A stretch of 64,000 nucleotides of DNA from Dehalococcoidia bacterium (GTDB lineage Bacteria > Chloroflexota > Dehalococcoidia > Lucifugimonadales > UBA3495): assembly GCA_963666415.2 (NCBI GenBank), contig CAXXPD010000003.1, positions 144,961-208,960 of the forward strand. The letters are read 5' to 3'. A program made the position numbers and the translations under genes. Position 1 is the first letter of the stretch; every line of letters begins with the position of its first letter. Under the pieces are notes generated by a model that made no database searches, was not told the origin of the DNA, and saw only the letters and a list, made by a program, of their open reading frames with translations. Of the stretch, positions 8,740-17,643 are shown piece by piece.

Positions 8740-11598
8740 TCAATCGTCGGTCCTGCTCTGCTTCCTCGTGGTTCCCGAGGTTGTCGTTTTAGGTGGACCC
8801 TGCCACCATTGCAGTCTGCCGTCGGCGTGTTCGTATGCTTCAACGTCGGTTGTCACGCGGACGGTGCGGCCCAACGGGTTGGTTACGTCCCAGTGCTTAC
8901 CGCCTTGGTGGTGGACGGCCCATCCTGATGGCATCAGTTCAGGTTGCCACAGCGGCTTCTCCAGGTCGTCAATGGTGACGCGTGGGTTGACCGGAGCGTT
9001 TGGCACGTCCCAGTCGGCGTTCAGCCGATTGATGTCAAAGTCGTTCTGGTTAGCCAGGAGTTCCAGCTCGGTGTCTGGGTTTGCCTCGTCGCGGATGATG
9101 CGCTGGATTCCAGCAGCGATGATGGGAGGGTATTCCCCGACGTTGGCTCTTATACTCTCGAAACGGCGGGCAACAGCTTCGTAGGCATCATGTTCTGCGG
9201 TGTCTTCGTAGAACAGGTTCACTACGTCAACGACTAGGCGTTCTTGCCCGATGCGGTCGATGCGACCGGCTCGTTGTTCGAGGGTCATCGGGTTCCAGGG
9301 AATGTCGTAGTTGACTACAGCGGAGCAGAACTGCAGGTTGAGCGATTCCGACGCTGTCTCCGTGCAAAGCAGAATGCCCTGCCGTTGCTGTCTGAATTCG
9401 TCCAGCCGGCGGCCGCGGTCACCCAGGTGGCCATCTTGGCCGTACAGCTCGGTCACGTAGTGGCCGCCTTGTTGCAGATGTTCGGATAGCCAGCTCTGCG
9501 TGTCGCGGAACTGCGTGAACATCAGGATGTGATTGTGCCCCTGTTCCCGCAACTCTGTTATGACGCCATCCAATCGGCGGCGTTTGCTGTCCTGGTAGGA
9601 CAGTCTTTCGGCTTCGTCGGCGGCTTTGAGCAGTGCGTCCAGGTTGATGGCGTTGTTGAGGGCATTGGTTTCGCGGTCTGTGAGGAAGTCCCAGTCGGCG
9701 TCGTTCAGAAGGGTCATCCAGTCGTCGGCGTCCTGGGGGATGCGGTTGGCCGCATTACGCAAGGTTTGAGCGTAAGCGTAGGTTGATGAACCCATGCGCT
9801 TGCGGAAAATCGTAGTGATGAAGCCCAGTGCCTGCGGGTTAATGTCGCGACCGCTGTAGCATTGCTGGATCAATGGCTTGATGCCGTCGTACAGTTGGCG
9901 TTCCTCGGGCGTCATAGTGATGGTGACGTCTCTCGCGTGGCGCTCCGGCACGGGCATATTTAGCAACCCCTGAAGCCGGTAATGGCGCAGCAGCTCACGG
10001 GTATGGCGGCTCATCAGCCGCTTGGCCGGCGCCCCCTTCTGCATGGTGTCGAGCGTGGCTTGCAGCGCGGCGGGCTCTTCCAGCTGGCTGGCGATGTAGT
10101 CGTCGTTTTCGCTGCCGAGTAGGAAGTCGTTGGTGTCTGGCGGGTTGGTCTTGCGCCACAGGTCGCGGCGGTACTTCCACTCCCCCATGTCGGGAGGTTC
10201 ATCCTGGTAGAAGCGGCGGTATTCGGCGGCGTTCCAACCTTCGGGTTCCAGCAGTTCCAATAAGGCCCAAAGCTCTACCTCGTTGAGTTGCATCGGTGTG
10301 GCGGTGAGTAGCAGCAAATCCCTGGTCTGGTGCGACAGTTGGCGCAGCAGTCGCAGGTACTGGTTGGGCTGGCGACGCTGTTCCAGATCAACGTCACGGA
10401 AGCGGGCCCGGTGGGCCTCGTCTACGATGATGAGGTCGTACTCGCCGCAGCTTGAAAGGAACTGGTCGGCGTTGCGTACCAGCCACTGGTGGCCGGCTAT
10501 TGCCAGCGGGACGTCCCAAGGTGGGCTGGCGACAGGTTCGGTTCGTCCGTCGCGGTAGTAGCGGCCGTGGGTGTCGATGATTGGGGCGTCGATGGCGAAC
10601 TTCATCAGCAGTTCGCTCTGCCACTGTTTGGTGGCCGCCTTGGGGGCGATAATTAGCGCACGGTGGGCTTTGCCCTGGTTGAGGCGTGTCTTGAGTATGA
10701 CGCCGGCTTGCAGTGTTTTACCCAGCCCTACTTCGTCGGCAATCAGACGGCGCACGGGTTCGTTGCGAACGTTCTGCTGGCGGAAACGCTCCTGGTGTGG
10801 CCAAAGGGTGGTTGGGATGGTCGCAACTGTGCTGTCGGGGTCGTCGGCGAGAGCGTCGTAGATTCTCTGCCAGTAATCGTTGGTCGAGTAGTTGTTGCGG
10901 CGTTCACGGATTGATCTAATCTCGGGCGGCGACGCCGGAGCCCGTTCCACAATGTAGTCGCGGTAGTAGGCCGGCAGATCAGTGACGCGCAGTCCGCCGG
11001 CCTGGTTTGTCCACAGTGCTTGAAATTCTGCTTCGGTAGCCTCTAGGTGCTGTATGGTCGCGCCGTCGGTGTACACGTGGACGGACTCCCAATTGTGTCG
11101 CCATCCGGACAGAGTTTCATTGAGGCTGCCGGCGAAGGCTACGCGGTTGCCTTGGGCGTCCTCAACGATGCCGCTTTTGTTGTGAAAGATCCGGTCTCCA
11201 CGGACGGCGACTTTCACTTCCATGATGCCGTTGGCAACCAGCCAGTAGGCCAGCTCTAGGTGGTTGCGGTCGGCGATGTCGGCGGTTTCAGTCAGCAGTA
11301 GGTCTTCGCGACGGGCCGTTTGTTGCAGGGCCGTCTCAGCGTCCAACTGGCCGTCGTGGATGGCCTGTAGCACATCTTCGTGGACGCTGTGGTCGCAGAT
11401 GAGGCGGATGCGCCCACCGTTGCGGATGAGGGCGGCGGTGCCGGTTGCCGCCGCAATCAGTCCCTTGGCTGTGAAGGTGTAAGTTGTCCGGTCGTAACGC
11501 ACCGCTTGCTCAAGCAGAGGCTCGTACAGGCCGGCAAGCATGTCAGGGCAGTTGCCGTGGTTGTACACGGGATGGAGGTTTAGGTCGGTGAGCGGCAT
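8740..11598 (-). CDS. PLD-family nuclease domain fused to an SNF2-family helicase
   Basis: 952 aa. PLD motifs: FHNKSGIVED and GSLNET. SNF2 motifs: ADEVGLGKT, IIVDEAHRAR, LLLTATPMQ, QRAGRIDRIGQ. Confidence 0.9.
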   Translation of the reverse strand: MPLTDLNLHPVYNHGNCPDMLAGLYEPLLEQAVRYDRTTYTFTAKGLIAAATGTAALIRNGGRIRLICDHSVHEDVLQAIHDGQLDAETALQQTARREDLLLTETADIADRNHLELAYWLVANGIMEVKVAVRGDRIFHNKSGIVEDAQGNRVAFAGSLNETLSGWRHNWESVHVYTDGATIQHLEATEAEFQALWTNQAGGLRVTDLPAYYRDYIVERAPASPPEIRSIRERRNNYSTNDYWQRIYDALADDPDSTVATIPTTLWPHQERFRQQNVRNEPVRRLIADEVGLGKTLQAGVILKTRLNQGKAHRALIIAPKAATKQWQSELLMKFAIDAPIIDTHGRYYRDGRTEPVASPPWDVPLAIAGHQWLVRNADQFLSSCGEYDLIIVDEAHRARFRDVDLEQRRQPNQYLRLLRQLSHQTRDLLLLTATPMQLNEVELWALLELLEPEGWNAAEYRRFYQDEPPDMGEWKYRRDLWRKTNPPDTNDFLLGSENDDYIASQLEEPAALQATLDTMQKGAPAKRLMSRHTRELLRHYRLQGLLNMPVPERHARDVTITMTPEERQLYDGIKPLIQQCYSGRDINPQALGFITTIFRKRMGSSTYAYAQTLRNAANRIPQDADDWMTLLNDADWDFLTDRETNALNNAINLDALLKAADEAERLSYQDSKRRRLDGVITELREQGHNHILMFTQFRDTQSWLSEHLQQGGHYVTELYGQDGHLGDRGRRLDEFRQQRQGILLCTETASESLNLQFCSAVVNYDIPWNPMTLEQRAGRIDRIGQERLVVDVVNLFYEDTAEHDAYEAVARRFESIRANVGEYPPIIAAGIQRIIRDEANPDTELELLANQNDFDINRLNADWDVPNAPVNPRVTIDDLEKPLWQPELMPSGWAVHHQGGKHWDVTNPLGRTVRVTTDVEAYEHADGRLQWWQGPPKTTTSGTTRKQSRTDD

Positions 11599-11660
11599 TT
11601 GAGGCGTTGTTCCTACGTTACGAGAGTATCTGCAGGATATGCGTGCCGGGTTTCGGCGAG

Positions 11661-12533
11661 CTAATGACGAGCGACTTCGCAGATGAATTCGATGGCACCC
11701 TCGACCCGGTTTTTAATAGCGGACAATTGGGTTATCGAGTACTCGCCCGCTGGGCCATGGGTTCCAGTGTTCAACAAGGGGAACAGAGCCACAACATCGG
11801 CGATATTGGTGTCTGCAAAGCTTTCAAGAGCTTCGTCTGCATGTCCTTGCCGCTGGAGTAGGAATTGTAATTTGGCGCGTCTGCTCGGTGTCCCTTGCGG
11901 TGTCATTGGACAGTTTGGGAGTCGTTGAAGCACTTCGGCATTGGGTGCCTCAATGTCGAGAATGGTGACGATGATTTCTCGGGAACTTGCACAAAAGTGC
12001 CTGGCTGCGTCGGGGTTATTTGGGTGCAGGGCGAACAGCGCGCCACCCCAGCGGTCATTGAGCTCTGGCGAAATTCTGACCAACGATTCAGTGATTGTGG
12101 TGTTCGTGAAGTCCAGCGCGGCTTCTGGTGGGTCGCCCCTATCCTCAAGGAGACTGCTCAGCACTTGAGCGCTGTTCGCTGTTTCGCGCTCCGCGAGGTC
12201 TGAAAGGAATGGGTCAGCGTTGCTGGCGTCCAGCCGCTCGTATGCACTGGTAAGTTCCCGCACTGAGTGATGGACTGTGGTGTAACGGACAGTGATAGTT
12301 TGATGCGACAAGCGGCTGAGGGCAGACCGTAGTCGTGATTGGTTAGCCCTAACCCTGGCGTTGTGCGCTCGAGCCTCGCGGTTGTAGTTATTGATGGCAG
12401 TGTTAACGCGGGCGTTGCGGGATCTCACCTCGTTGTTGTACTTGCTGACCACGTTCTGCACCGCTTGGCGGCGTTTGGCCTCTGCTTGGCGCAGTTTTGA
12501 CTGCATCTGTGAACGGTTTATACGTCTCGCCAT
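11661..12533 (-). CDS. hypothetical protein with an Asn/Arg-rich coiled-coil N-terminus
   Basis: 290 aa. Internal repeats NNEVRSRNARVN / NNYNREARAHNARVRAN. Lies in the operon between the methylase and the helicase. Confidence 0.6.
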   Translation of the reverse strand: MARRINRSQMQSKLRQAEAKRRQAVQNVVSKYNNEVRSRNARVNTAINNYNREARAHNARVRANQSRLRSALSRLSHQTITVRYTTVHHSVRELTSAYERLDASNADPFLSDLAERETANSAQVLSSLLEDRGDPPEAALDFTNTTITESLVRISPELNDRWGGALFALHPNNPDAARHFCASSREIIVTILDIEAPNAEVLQRLPNCPMTPQGTPSRRAKLQFLLQRQGHADEALESFADTNIADVVALFPLLNTGTHGPAGEYSITQLSAIKNRVEGAIEFICEVARH

Positions 12534-12566
12534 CTCTAGCTCCTTGGGTTGATCGGGACGTTCGCT

Positions 12567-15545
12567 TCAAAGCAGGGCGGGTTGCATCACCGCCGGTTGC
12601 GGCGGTTCTTCACCGTAGAGTGCCTGCCACAGGTTGCGCTGCGCTTGGTAGTCGTCGTGGCCCGGTTTGGTGGTGCGGATCAGGGCTTGCAGCGTGGCGC
12701 GGAACTGGCTTTCCTGCGGATTGTGGAGGCGTTGCGTGAGCCACTGCTGAGCATCTTGCGTGTTCCGGCGTTCGGTGAGAGCAATTGCGGTGTGGACGGT
12801 GTCCAGCGTGGTGCCAGGGTTGATGTCCTCTCCGATGTTCCGGGCGGCGAGACGGTCGCGAGCACTGAGTAGCAACACCTTGTCGCTCTTGAAACTGACT
12901 ATGCTCTTCATCGCGGCGTCGTTCTTTTCCAGCCTTACGCCGATGGCGCGGGCCAGCAAGTTGGCTTCGTCGAACAAAAGGGTGTCGTTCTCGGTGGCGT
13001 CCTTGGCCAGGACGTAGAATTTCGTGGCAGCGTCAACAGGGTTGTTGGCCCAGTCCCGGCTGATAGCTTGAGCGCGGTGTTGGCTGACCTCACGGCGGGC
13101 GATTTGTAGGGCGTCGGTGGGAGTCACGGTGAACGGCGCTTCTGGTCGGTCCGGGTTGGCGCTTTCGCGCTCGGTGTCCCAGTGTTCGCTGATGACCCGC
13201 AGGGCGGGTCCGAAGGCGCTCAGGTAGAGGTCGATAGGCTTGAGGTCGGCATGACTGAGGTTGTCCCGGATGTCATCCCGCACAGCCTGGGCGATGAGTT
13301 CCTCAACCTCGTGCCACGGCTTGGGGAACGGGTTTTCCTCGCGTGGGCGGCAGACCAGCAGGATGGTGGTGCGGGCTGCGGCCCTGCCCTTGATGTGAAT
13401 GCTGGACTCCGCCTCGGTTTTCACCGGCCAGGTTCGGGTGATGGCGAAGCCAGCGTTGATGAGGGCAACGGTGAGGGCGTCCCAAGCGGCCGTGGACTTG
13501 TGGTTGAACATCACCGTCATGATGCCTTTGGTTTGCTCGTCGTCTTTAATGACCCGGCGGCATTCGGCGAAGATTTCGGCCATCTTTTCATAGTAGTCGG
13601 CGAGGGCCAGCGTTTTTGCGGACTTGCCCTTGACTGCTCGGTTCCGGAACCGGGCCGGACTGGCGATAGCCTCTTGATCTTTCTCCGTCAGGTAGTCGGT
13701 GAAGCCGTCGGGGAACAGGTAGCCGGTGGTCCGTTTGAGCCAGACATAGAAGAAGTCGGACAGCTCGGCGTAGCAGACGTTTTCCTCGTAAGGCGGGTCG
13801 AAAACCACACAGTCCACTGAGCTGTCGTCCAAGGGCAGGTCGCGGGCGTCGCCCTGGATGACTATGGACGGCGGGGCGATTTTCGTAGCAGTAGCATCAG
13901 CGGCGAGGAGTTGCCCGTTTGCTTCGGCATGGCCAGTCATGCCAAGCATTTCGGAAAGGCACTCGTCGATGTCGTTGAGGCTCCACTCCAGGCCCAGGCC
14001 AGGACAGGTCACTGCCATCTCCGCATACGACCACTTCATTCCGAAGTCGTGACTGTCGAAGGTGCTGGCTATCTTGTTGGTTCCACCGTCCCACCGGCTT
14101 AGCAGGCTGTTACGATTGAGCAGCTTGTCCATGGCGATTGCTACGTACCCCCATGCGGCTTTGCGGCGGTCATCCATCCGGCCGGCAGCCGCATCAGCGT
14201 CAACACCCTCGCGGAAAGCCTGAACGCAGTAGCCATGGGCCAGCTGTTGCCGAGAGTTGAACAGCTTGATCCAATGGTCTGTTCCGTATTTATAAGTACG
14301 AGCTTTGTTGGCATTTGGCATCTCTTCGGTGCGCAGGATGTCGGCGGCGTCCCACTGGGGTTCAAGTCGAGCCAGTTCGCCGGCGATGAAGTCATCGCAG
14401 TCATGGCGGGCCTGTGGCTCGGCGAAAACCCGGCAGGTGGTTTCTCGCTTGCGCTTGCTGCCATCCTTGTTACTGTCGCGCCAGTTGTCCCGGTAGATGA
14501 CGCAGTACATCCGGTGCCCCATCCGGCCGGCCTGAGCTTCCTGTGCTAGGTAGCTTATGGGAGTGGTGCTGCCACAGGCGGGGCAGGTGGCGATGGCGCG
14601 GGCTACGGTGCCGTTGCTAACGCTCTGGTCGGGGTACAGGGTGGCTAGGTGGCAGTTCTTGTCGGCAGCCTTGCAGTCAGAGCAGGCCGCGTGATCGTGG
14701 ACGATGCTCAGCCCTGTTGGGTCGGTGGCAGGCTCAACCCTGATTCCGGTGCCTGTGTTGTCCAGTCTCCAATTTGGCGATAGCGGGATAACCTTGCGGC
14801 AAGCGGGGCAAGCCGCCGTCCGCGCCCAAAGATATGTTTGGGCATATCTTTGGGCGCGGACGGCGGCTTGTTTTTGATTTTGATGTTGCGGGTGGGGACA
14901 GTTGCCGCCGGCGCAGTCTGGGGCTGGTTCGTCGGGATAGACTCCGGCTAACAGTTCGTCGACGCGGCGTTGGAATGCCTCGGCGCACTGGTGGTAGTCG
15001 TCCAGCAGGGCGTAGCCGTACTGTTGGGGCCACTGGCAGGTAGCCCGCAGGATGAAGCAGGCCACTGGGTTCAGCTCGTTGGCGATGGTGCGGAAGCCCA
15101 GTCGTCCGGCCTCAAATGGGATGGAGCCGCCGCCGGCGGTTACGTCGAGGACTATGGGCACGGTCTCCGCGTTGTCGGTCAAAAAGTCAGGGTTGTGCAG
15201 GAAGGCCCTCTTGTTGGGGAAGGATATATCCGACCATCCGCCCTCGGCCTTGATGGCATCCATTTTCCGGCGAGCGGCGACCACCTGGGTGGTCGTTCCG
15301 ACATTCGAGAGGAAACTACTCCGGTCGGCGTCGGTGAGCAGCATGGATGCTGCGACGGCAGCGCGAGACGCAATCAGAGGACGGCGCGCCCACCAGACAT
15401 GGAGTTGATTGACCGGTGGGTGTCCGGCCAATGCTCCGCCCTCGCGTATGGCCTCAATTGAGACCTCGTTGATGGGCAGCCATTTTTCGATGAGGCGTGA
15501 GGTGGTCGTCAATTGGCTGCTCCTTGTTGGCGTTCTAATTCCCAA
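12567..15545 (-). CDS. DUF1156-type DNA methyltransferase (N6-A/N4-C class) with Zn-ribbons
   Basis: 992 aa. N-terminal IEKWLPINEVS...LHVWWARRP block, SAM motif VLDVTAGGGSIPFEAGRLG, catalytic VVFDPPY, and CPACRK / CPACGS pairs. Confidence 0.85.
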   Translation of the reverse strand: MGIRTPTRSSQLTTTSRLIEKWLPINEVSIEAIREGGALAGHPPVNQLHVWWARRPLIASRAAVAASMLLTDADRSSFLSNVGTTTQVVAARRKMDAIKAEGGWSDISFPNKRAFLHNPDFLTDNAETVPIVLDVTAGGGSIPFEAGRLGFRTIANELNPVACFILRATCQWPQQYGYALLDDYHQCAEAFQRRVDELLAGVYPDEPAPDCAGGNCPHPQHQNQKQAAVRAQRYAQTYLWARTAACPACRKVIPLSPNWRLDNTGTGIRVEPATDPTGLSIVHDHAACSDCKAADKNCHLATLYPDQSVSNGTVARAIATCPACGSTTPISYLAQEAQAGRMGHRMYCVIYRDNWRDSNKDGSKRKRETTCRVFAEPQARHDCDDFIAGELARLEPQWDAADILRTEEMPNANKARTYKYGTDHWIKLFNSRQQLAHGYCVQAFREGVDADAAAGRMDDRRKAAWGYVAIAMDKLLNRNSLLSRWDGGTNKIASTFDSHDFGMKWSYAEMAVTCPGLGLEWSLNDIDECLSEMLGMTGHAEANGQLLAADATATKIAPPSIVIQGDARDLPLDDSSVDCVVFDPPYEENVCYAELSDFFYVWLKRTTGYLFPDGFTDYLTEKDQEAIASPARFRNRAVKGKSAKTLALADYYEKMAEIFAECRRVIKDDEQTKGIMTVMFNHKSTAAWDALTVALINAGFAITRTWPVKTEAESSIHIKGRAAARTTILLVCRPREENPFPKPWHEVEELIAQAVRDDIRDNLSHADLKPIDLYLSAFGPALRVISEHWDTERESANPDRPEAPFTVTPTDALQIARREVSQHRAQAISRDWANNPVDAATKFYVLAKDATENDTLLFDEANLLARAIGVRLEKNDAAMKSIVSFKSDKVLLLSARDRLAARNIGEDINPGTTLDTVHTAIALTERRNTQDAQQWLTQRLHNPQESQFRATLQALIRTTKPGHDDYQAQRNLWQALYGEEPPQPAVMQPALL

Positions 15546-16861
15546 TCGTCTTTCCAGGACTCATGATCTTTTGCGAAGAAGCAGGGTAGGACGCCTTCGA
15601 CGATTTCAACCTTGCCGTCTCGGTATTCTGCGTGGGTGATTTCCTTGGTCCAGGAGGGTAACGGCTTTCCGGTGTAGGGGTTTGCGTAGAAAATGGCTTT
15701 GGTTTTGTCAACGCAATGCGGGTGGAGATCATAGAACGCCACAACTCCGATGACGTTCTCGTTCTGCGGCCCGCTGGTGTTGAACCAGAAGCCGTCAGGC
15801 TGCTGTACGCTGCGCCCCGGCGGCAAGAGGCCGTTGTACGTTGGGTCCCTGGGCACAGAGATCTGGTACGCCAGACTTCCGAACAGGATCTCGGCGATCC
15901 GGTCCAGCCACCAATCAGCACGAATGGCAATTATCAGGTTGTCGACTTCTCTGTAACGCTTGGCCTTGTCGTACAGCCTGTTTTTAGGTTTGACGATGTC
16001 ATTGACCCCTCCGGCTTTCGCGGGGTCAGCGCCGATGAAACGGCCTTTTCGCGGGCGACTCTCCGGGGGTAACGGGATGAGATGACCCGTGATACTCCAG
16101 TTGCCGTGTCGGAATGATTTTCCCGGTAGGGCGCCGTTGAAAAATCCGTACAATTCCGACCTGGCTCTGACGTCGTCGTAGTTGGCGGTTTTCACCAATT
16201 CCTCGAATGGCAGCTTCAAATCCCGCTGGCGCGGCATGTCAACGAGGGTTCCTTCGGTTTCTACGGATAGACGGAAGTCTGGGGACTCGATTTCGTCCAG
16301 AATATCCAAGGCATGCTGCTCGTTCCAGTGCGAATCCAAGTCTGTCCCACTGACGATATTGATGTCGGTGGCTTCTACCACATAGTTGATTGGGGTTCCG
16401 TCGGGTCCTGCTTCGGTGACGCCGAAGTCAGGTGTCAGATGGCCGATTTTCGGATCGACCACCGTGTAGCCTCCAGTTCCATTCAGGAACTCATGCAGGA
16501 ACAGCTCGAAGAACGCGCCGCTGAAGTTCTTCTCTTCCTTCGACGAGCCACTTCCTCTGTGCCGCATTCGTCCCACGATATCTTTTTGCTTGTCCGGCGG
16601 TAGTCGGTCCACCCACCGCTGTAGCATTTGCCTCAGGTGCGTGTAGCCGGTCAACGATGAACGGTCGTAGAAAGAGTACGCTGACTCAGCGCGGAGGGCT
16701 GGCTTGGTGTAGTCCCTGTATTTATTGTCGAACAGGGCAATGGTTTCCTCGGTGTACAGCGGGTTGGACCGGTTGGTGAACATCCCACGTACCGCTCCGG
16801 TCCAGTCGGTCACCTCCGGGATCAAGTCCAGGGATTTACCTTCAGAATTCTCCGAATTCAT
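15509..16861 (-). CDS. hypothetical protein with a possible PD-(D/E)xK-like core
   Basis: The ORF extends to 16891; the Met at 16861 is preferred. FELFLHEF...TPDFGV...YVVEATD is weakly nuclease-like. N-terminal DLIPEVTDWTGAVRGMF. It overlaps both neighbouring genes. Confidence 0.6.
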   Translation of the reverse strand: MNSENSEGKSLDLIPEVTDWTGAVRGMFTNRSNPLYTEETIALFDNKYRDYTKPALRAESAYSFYDRSSLTGYTHLRQMLQRWVDRLPPDKQKDIVGRMRHRGSGSSKEEKNFSGAFFELFLHEFLNGTGGYTVVDPKIGHLTPDFGVTEAGPDGTPINYVVEATDINIVSGTDLDSHWNEQHALDILDEIESPDFRLSVETEGTLVDMPRQRDLKLPFEELVKTANYDDVRARSELYGFFNGALPGKSFRHGNWSITGHLIPLPPESRPRKGRFIGADPAKAGGVNDIVKPKNRLYDKAKRYREVDNLIIAIRADWWLDRIAEILFGSLAYQISVPRDPTYNGLLPPGRSVQQPDGFWFNTSGPQNENVIGVVAFYDLHPHCVDKTKAIFYANPYTGKPLPSWTKEITHAEYRDGKVEIVEGVLPCFFAKDHESWKDDWELERQQGAAN

Positions 16862-17123
16862 AAGCGTTTCTCTCGATTGCTGTGGCGTCACGCGCAGAGA
16901 TGATGCGACCGGACTCGCTGACTTCCTCCCAGGTATGGACCACTAGCAGTAGCCTTTGGGAACGGGTTAATCCGACCGTGTGATAGCGTTGCTCATAGTA
17001 ACTGTGTTCCAGGTCAGGTCGGCTGGCGGAAAGCTGGTTGTTGAACACTTCCTGTGCTTCTTCGAATGTCGTTCCGTGTAGACGCCGATTGGCAGCGTTT
17101 TTGCTGGCGTTCCAAGTCCACAT
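16842..17123 (-). CDS. brnT: BrnT-family (DUF497) toxin
   Basis: 93 aa. WNASKNAANRRLHGTTFEEAQEVF...HSYYEQRY...GRIISARDATAIERNAY matches the BrnT pattern. Confidence 0.8.
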   Translation of the reverse strand: MWTWNASKNAANRRLHGTTFEEAQEVFNNQLSASRPDLEHSYYEQRYHTVGLTRSQRLLLVVHTWEEVSESGRIISARDATAIERNAYEFGEF

Positions 17124-17150
17124 CGTAGTTGCGGTCCGCCAGCCGTATCG

Positions 17151-17588
17151 TCACGCATACATGAGTGTCAGCGCGTCCAGCACTCGGCGGGGTCGGTTTC
17201 GGTTTTTGTGGCAGGCGTACCACCAGCTGCTTTCGCAGGGGTGCAGGTCGGCGATGGCGCGGGCCAGCCGTTCCGCCTTGTCGGGCTTTTCGGTGCCGTC
17301 AACGGCATCCAGCAGTAGGCGGATCTGCACCGCGGCCTCTTCAGTGATGGGGTGGTACTGTCGGCCGGCTTCCTCTTGCGGTTGTAGTCGCTGTCCATGG
17401 TGGTTCCAAAGGATGGCGGAAACGTGCTGAAGGCAGCGTTGGTACAGCGTTCCGGTGGCGTATTGCAGCCGCCGGCCGTTACTGCGGTGCGACTTGCCGG
17501 CCAAGGTGACGGACAGGCGTCGGTTGCCTCTGGGATCGTGGTCCAGCAGCAGGCCGTGATCCTTTGGAGTTTCTCGCATTAGAGTCAT
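17151..17588 (-). CDS. hypothetical operon protein
   Basis: 145-aa ORF. Its start is 18 nt after the frame-corrected end of the ATPase, preceded by AAGGAA. No motif recognised. Confidence 0.5.
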   Translation of the reverse strand: MTLMRETPKDHGLLLDHDPRGNRRLSVTLAGKSHRSNGRRLQYATGTLYQRCLQHVSAILWNHHGQRLQPQEEAGRQYHPITEEAAVQIRLLLDAVDGTEKPDKAERLARAIADLHPCESSWWYACHKNRNRPRRVLDALTLMYA

Positions 17589-17643
17589 TTAGGTGTTCCT
17601 TTCGGGTCAGTGGAACGAAACGCTGATGTTGGCTTCGTCCCGG

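Noticed and set aside
11661-12533. Calling the 290-aa operon protein an Abi_C/HEPN nuclease because of LLNTGTHG (compare RN...HG)
   Set aside because: The would-be catalytic Arg is Leu, and no second HEPN feature could be verified by eye. It is left as hypothetical.
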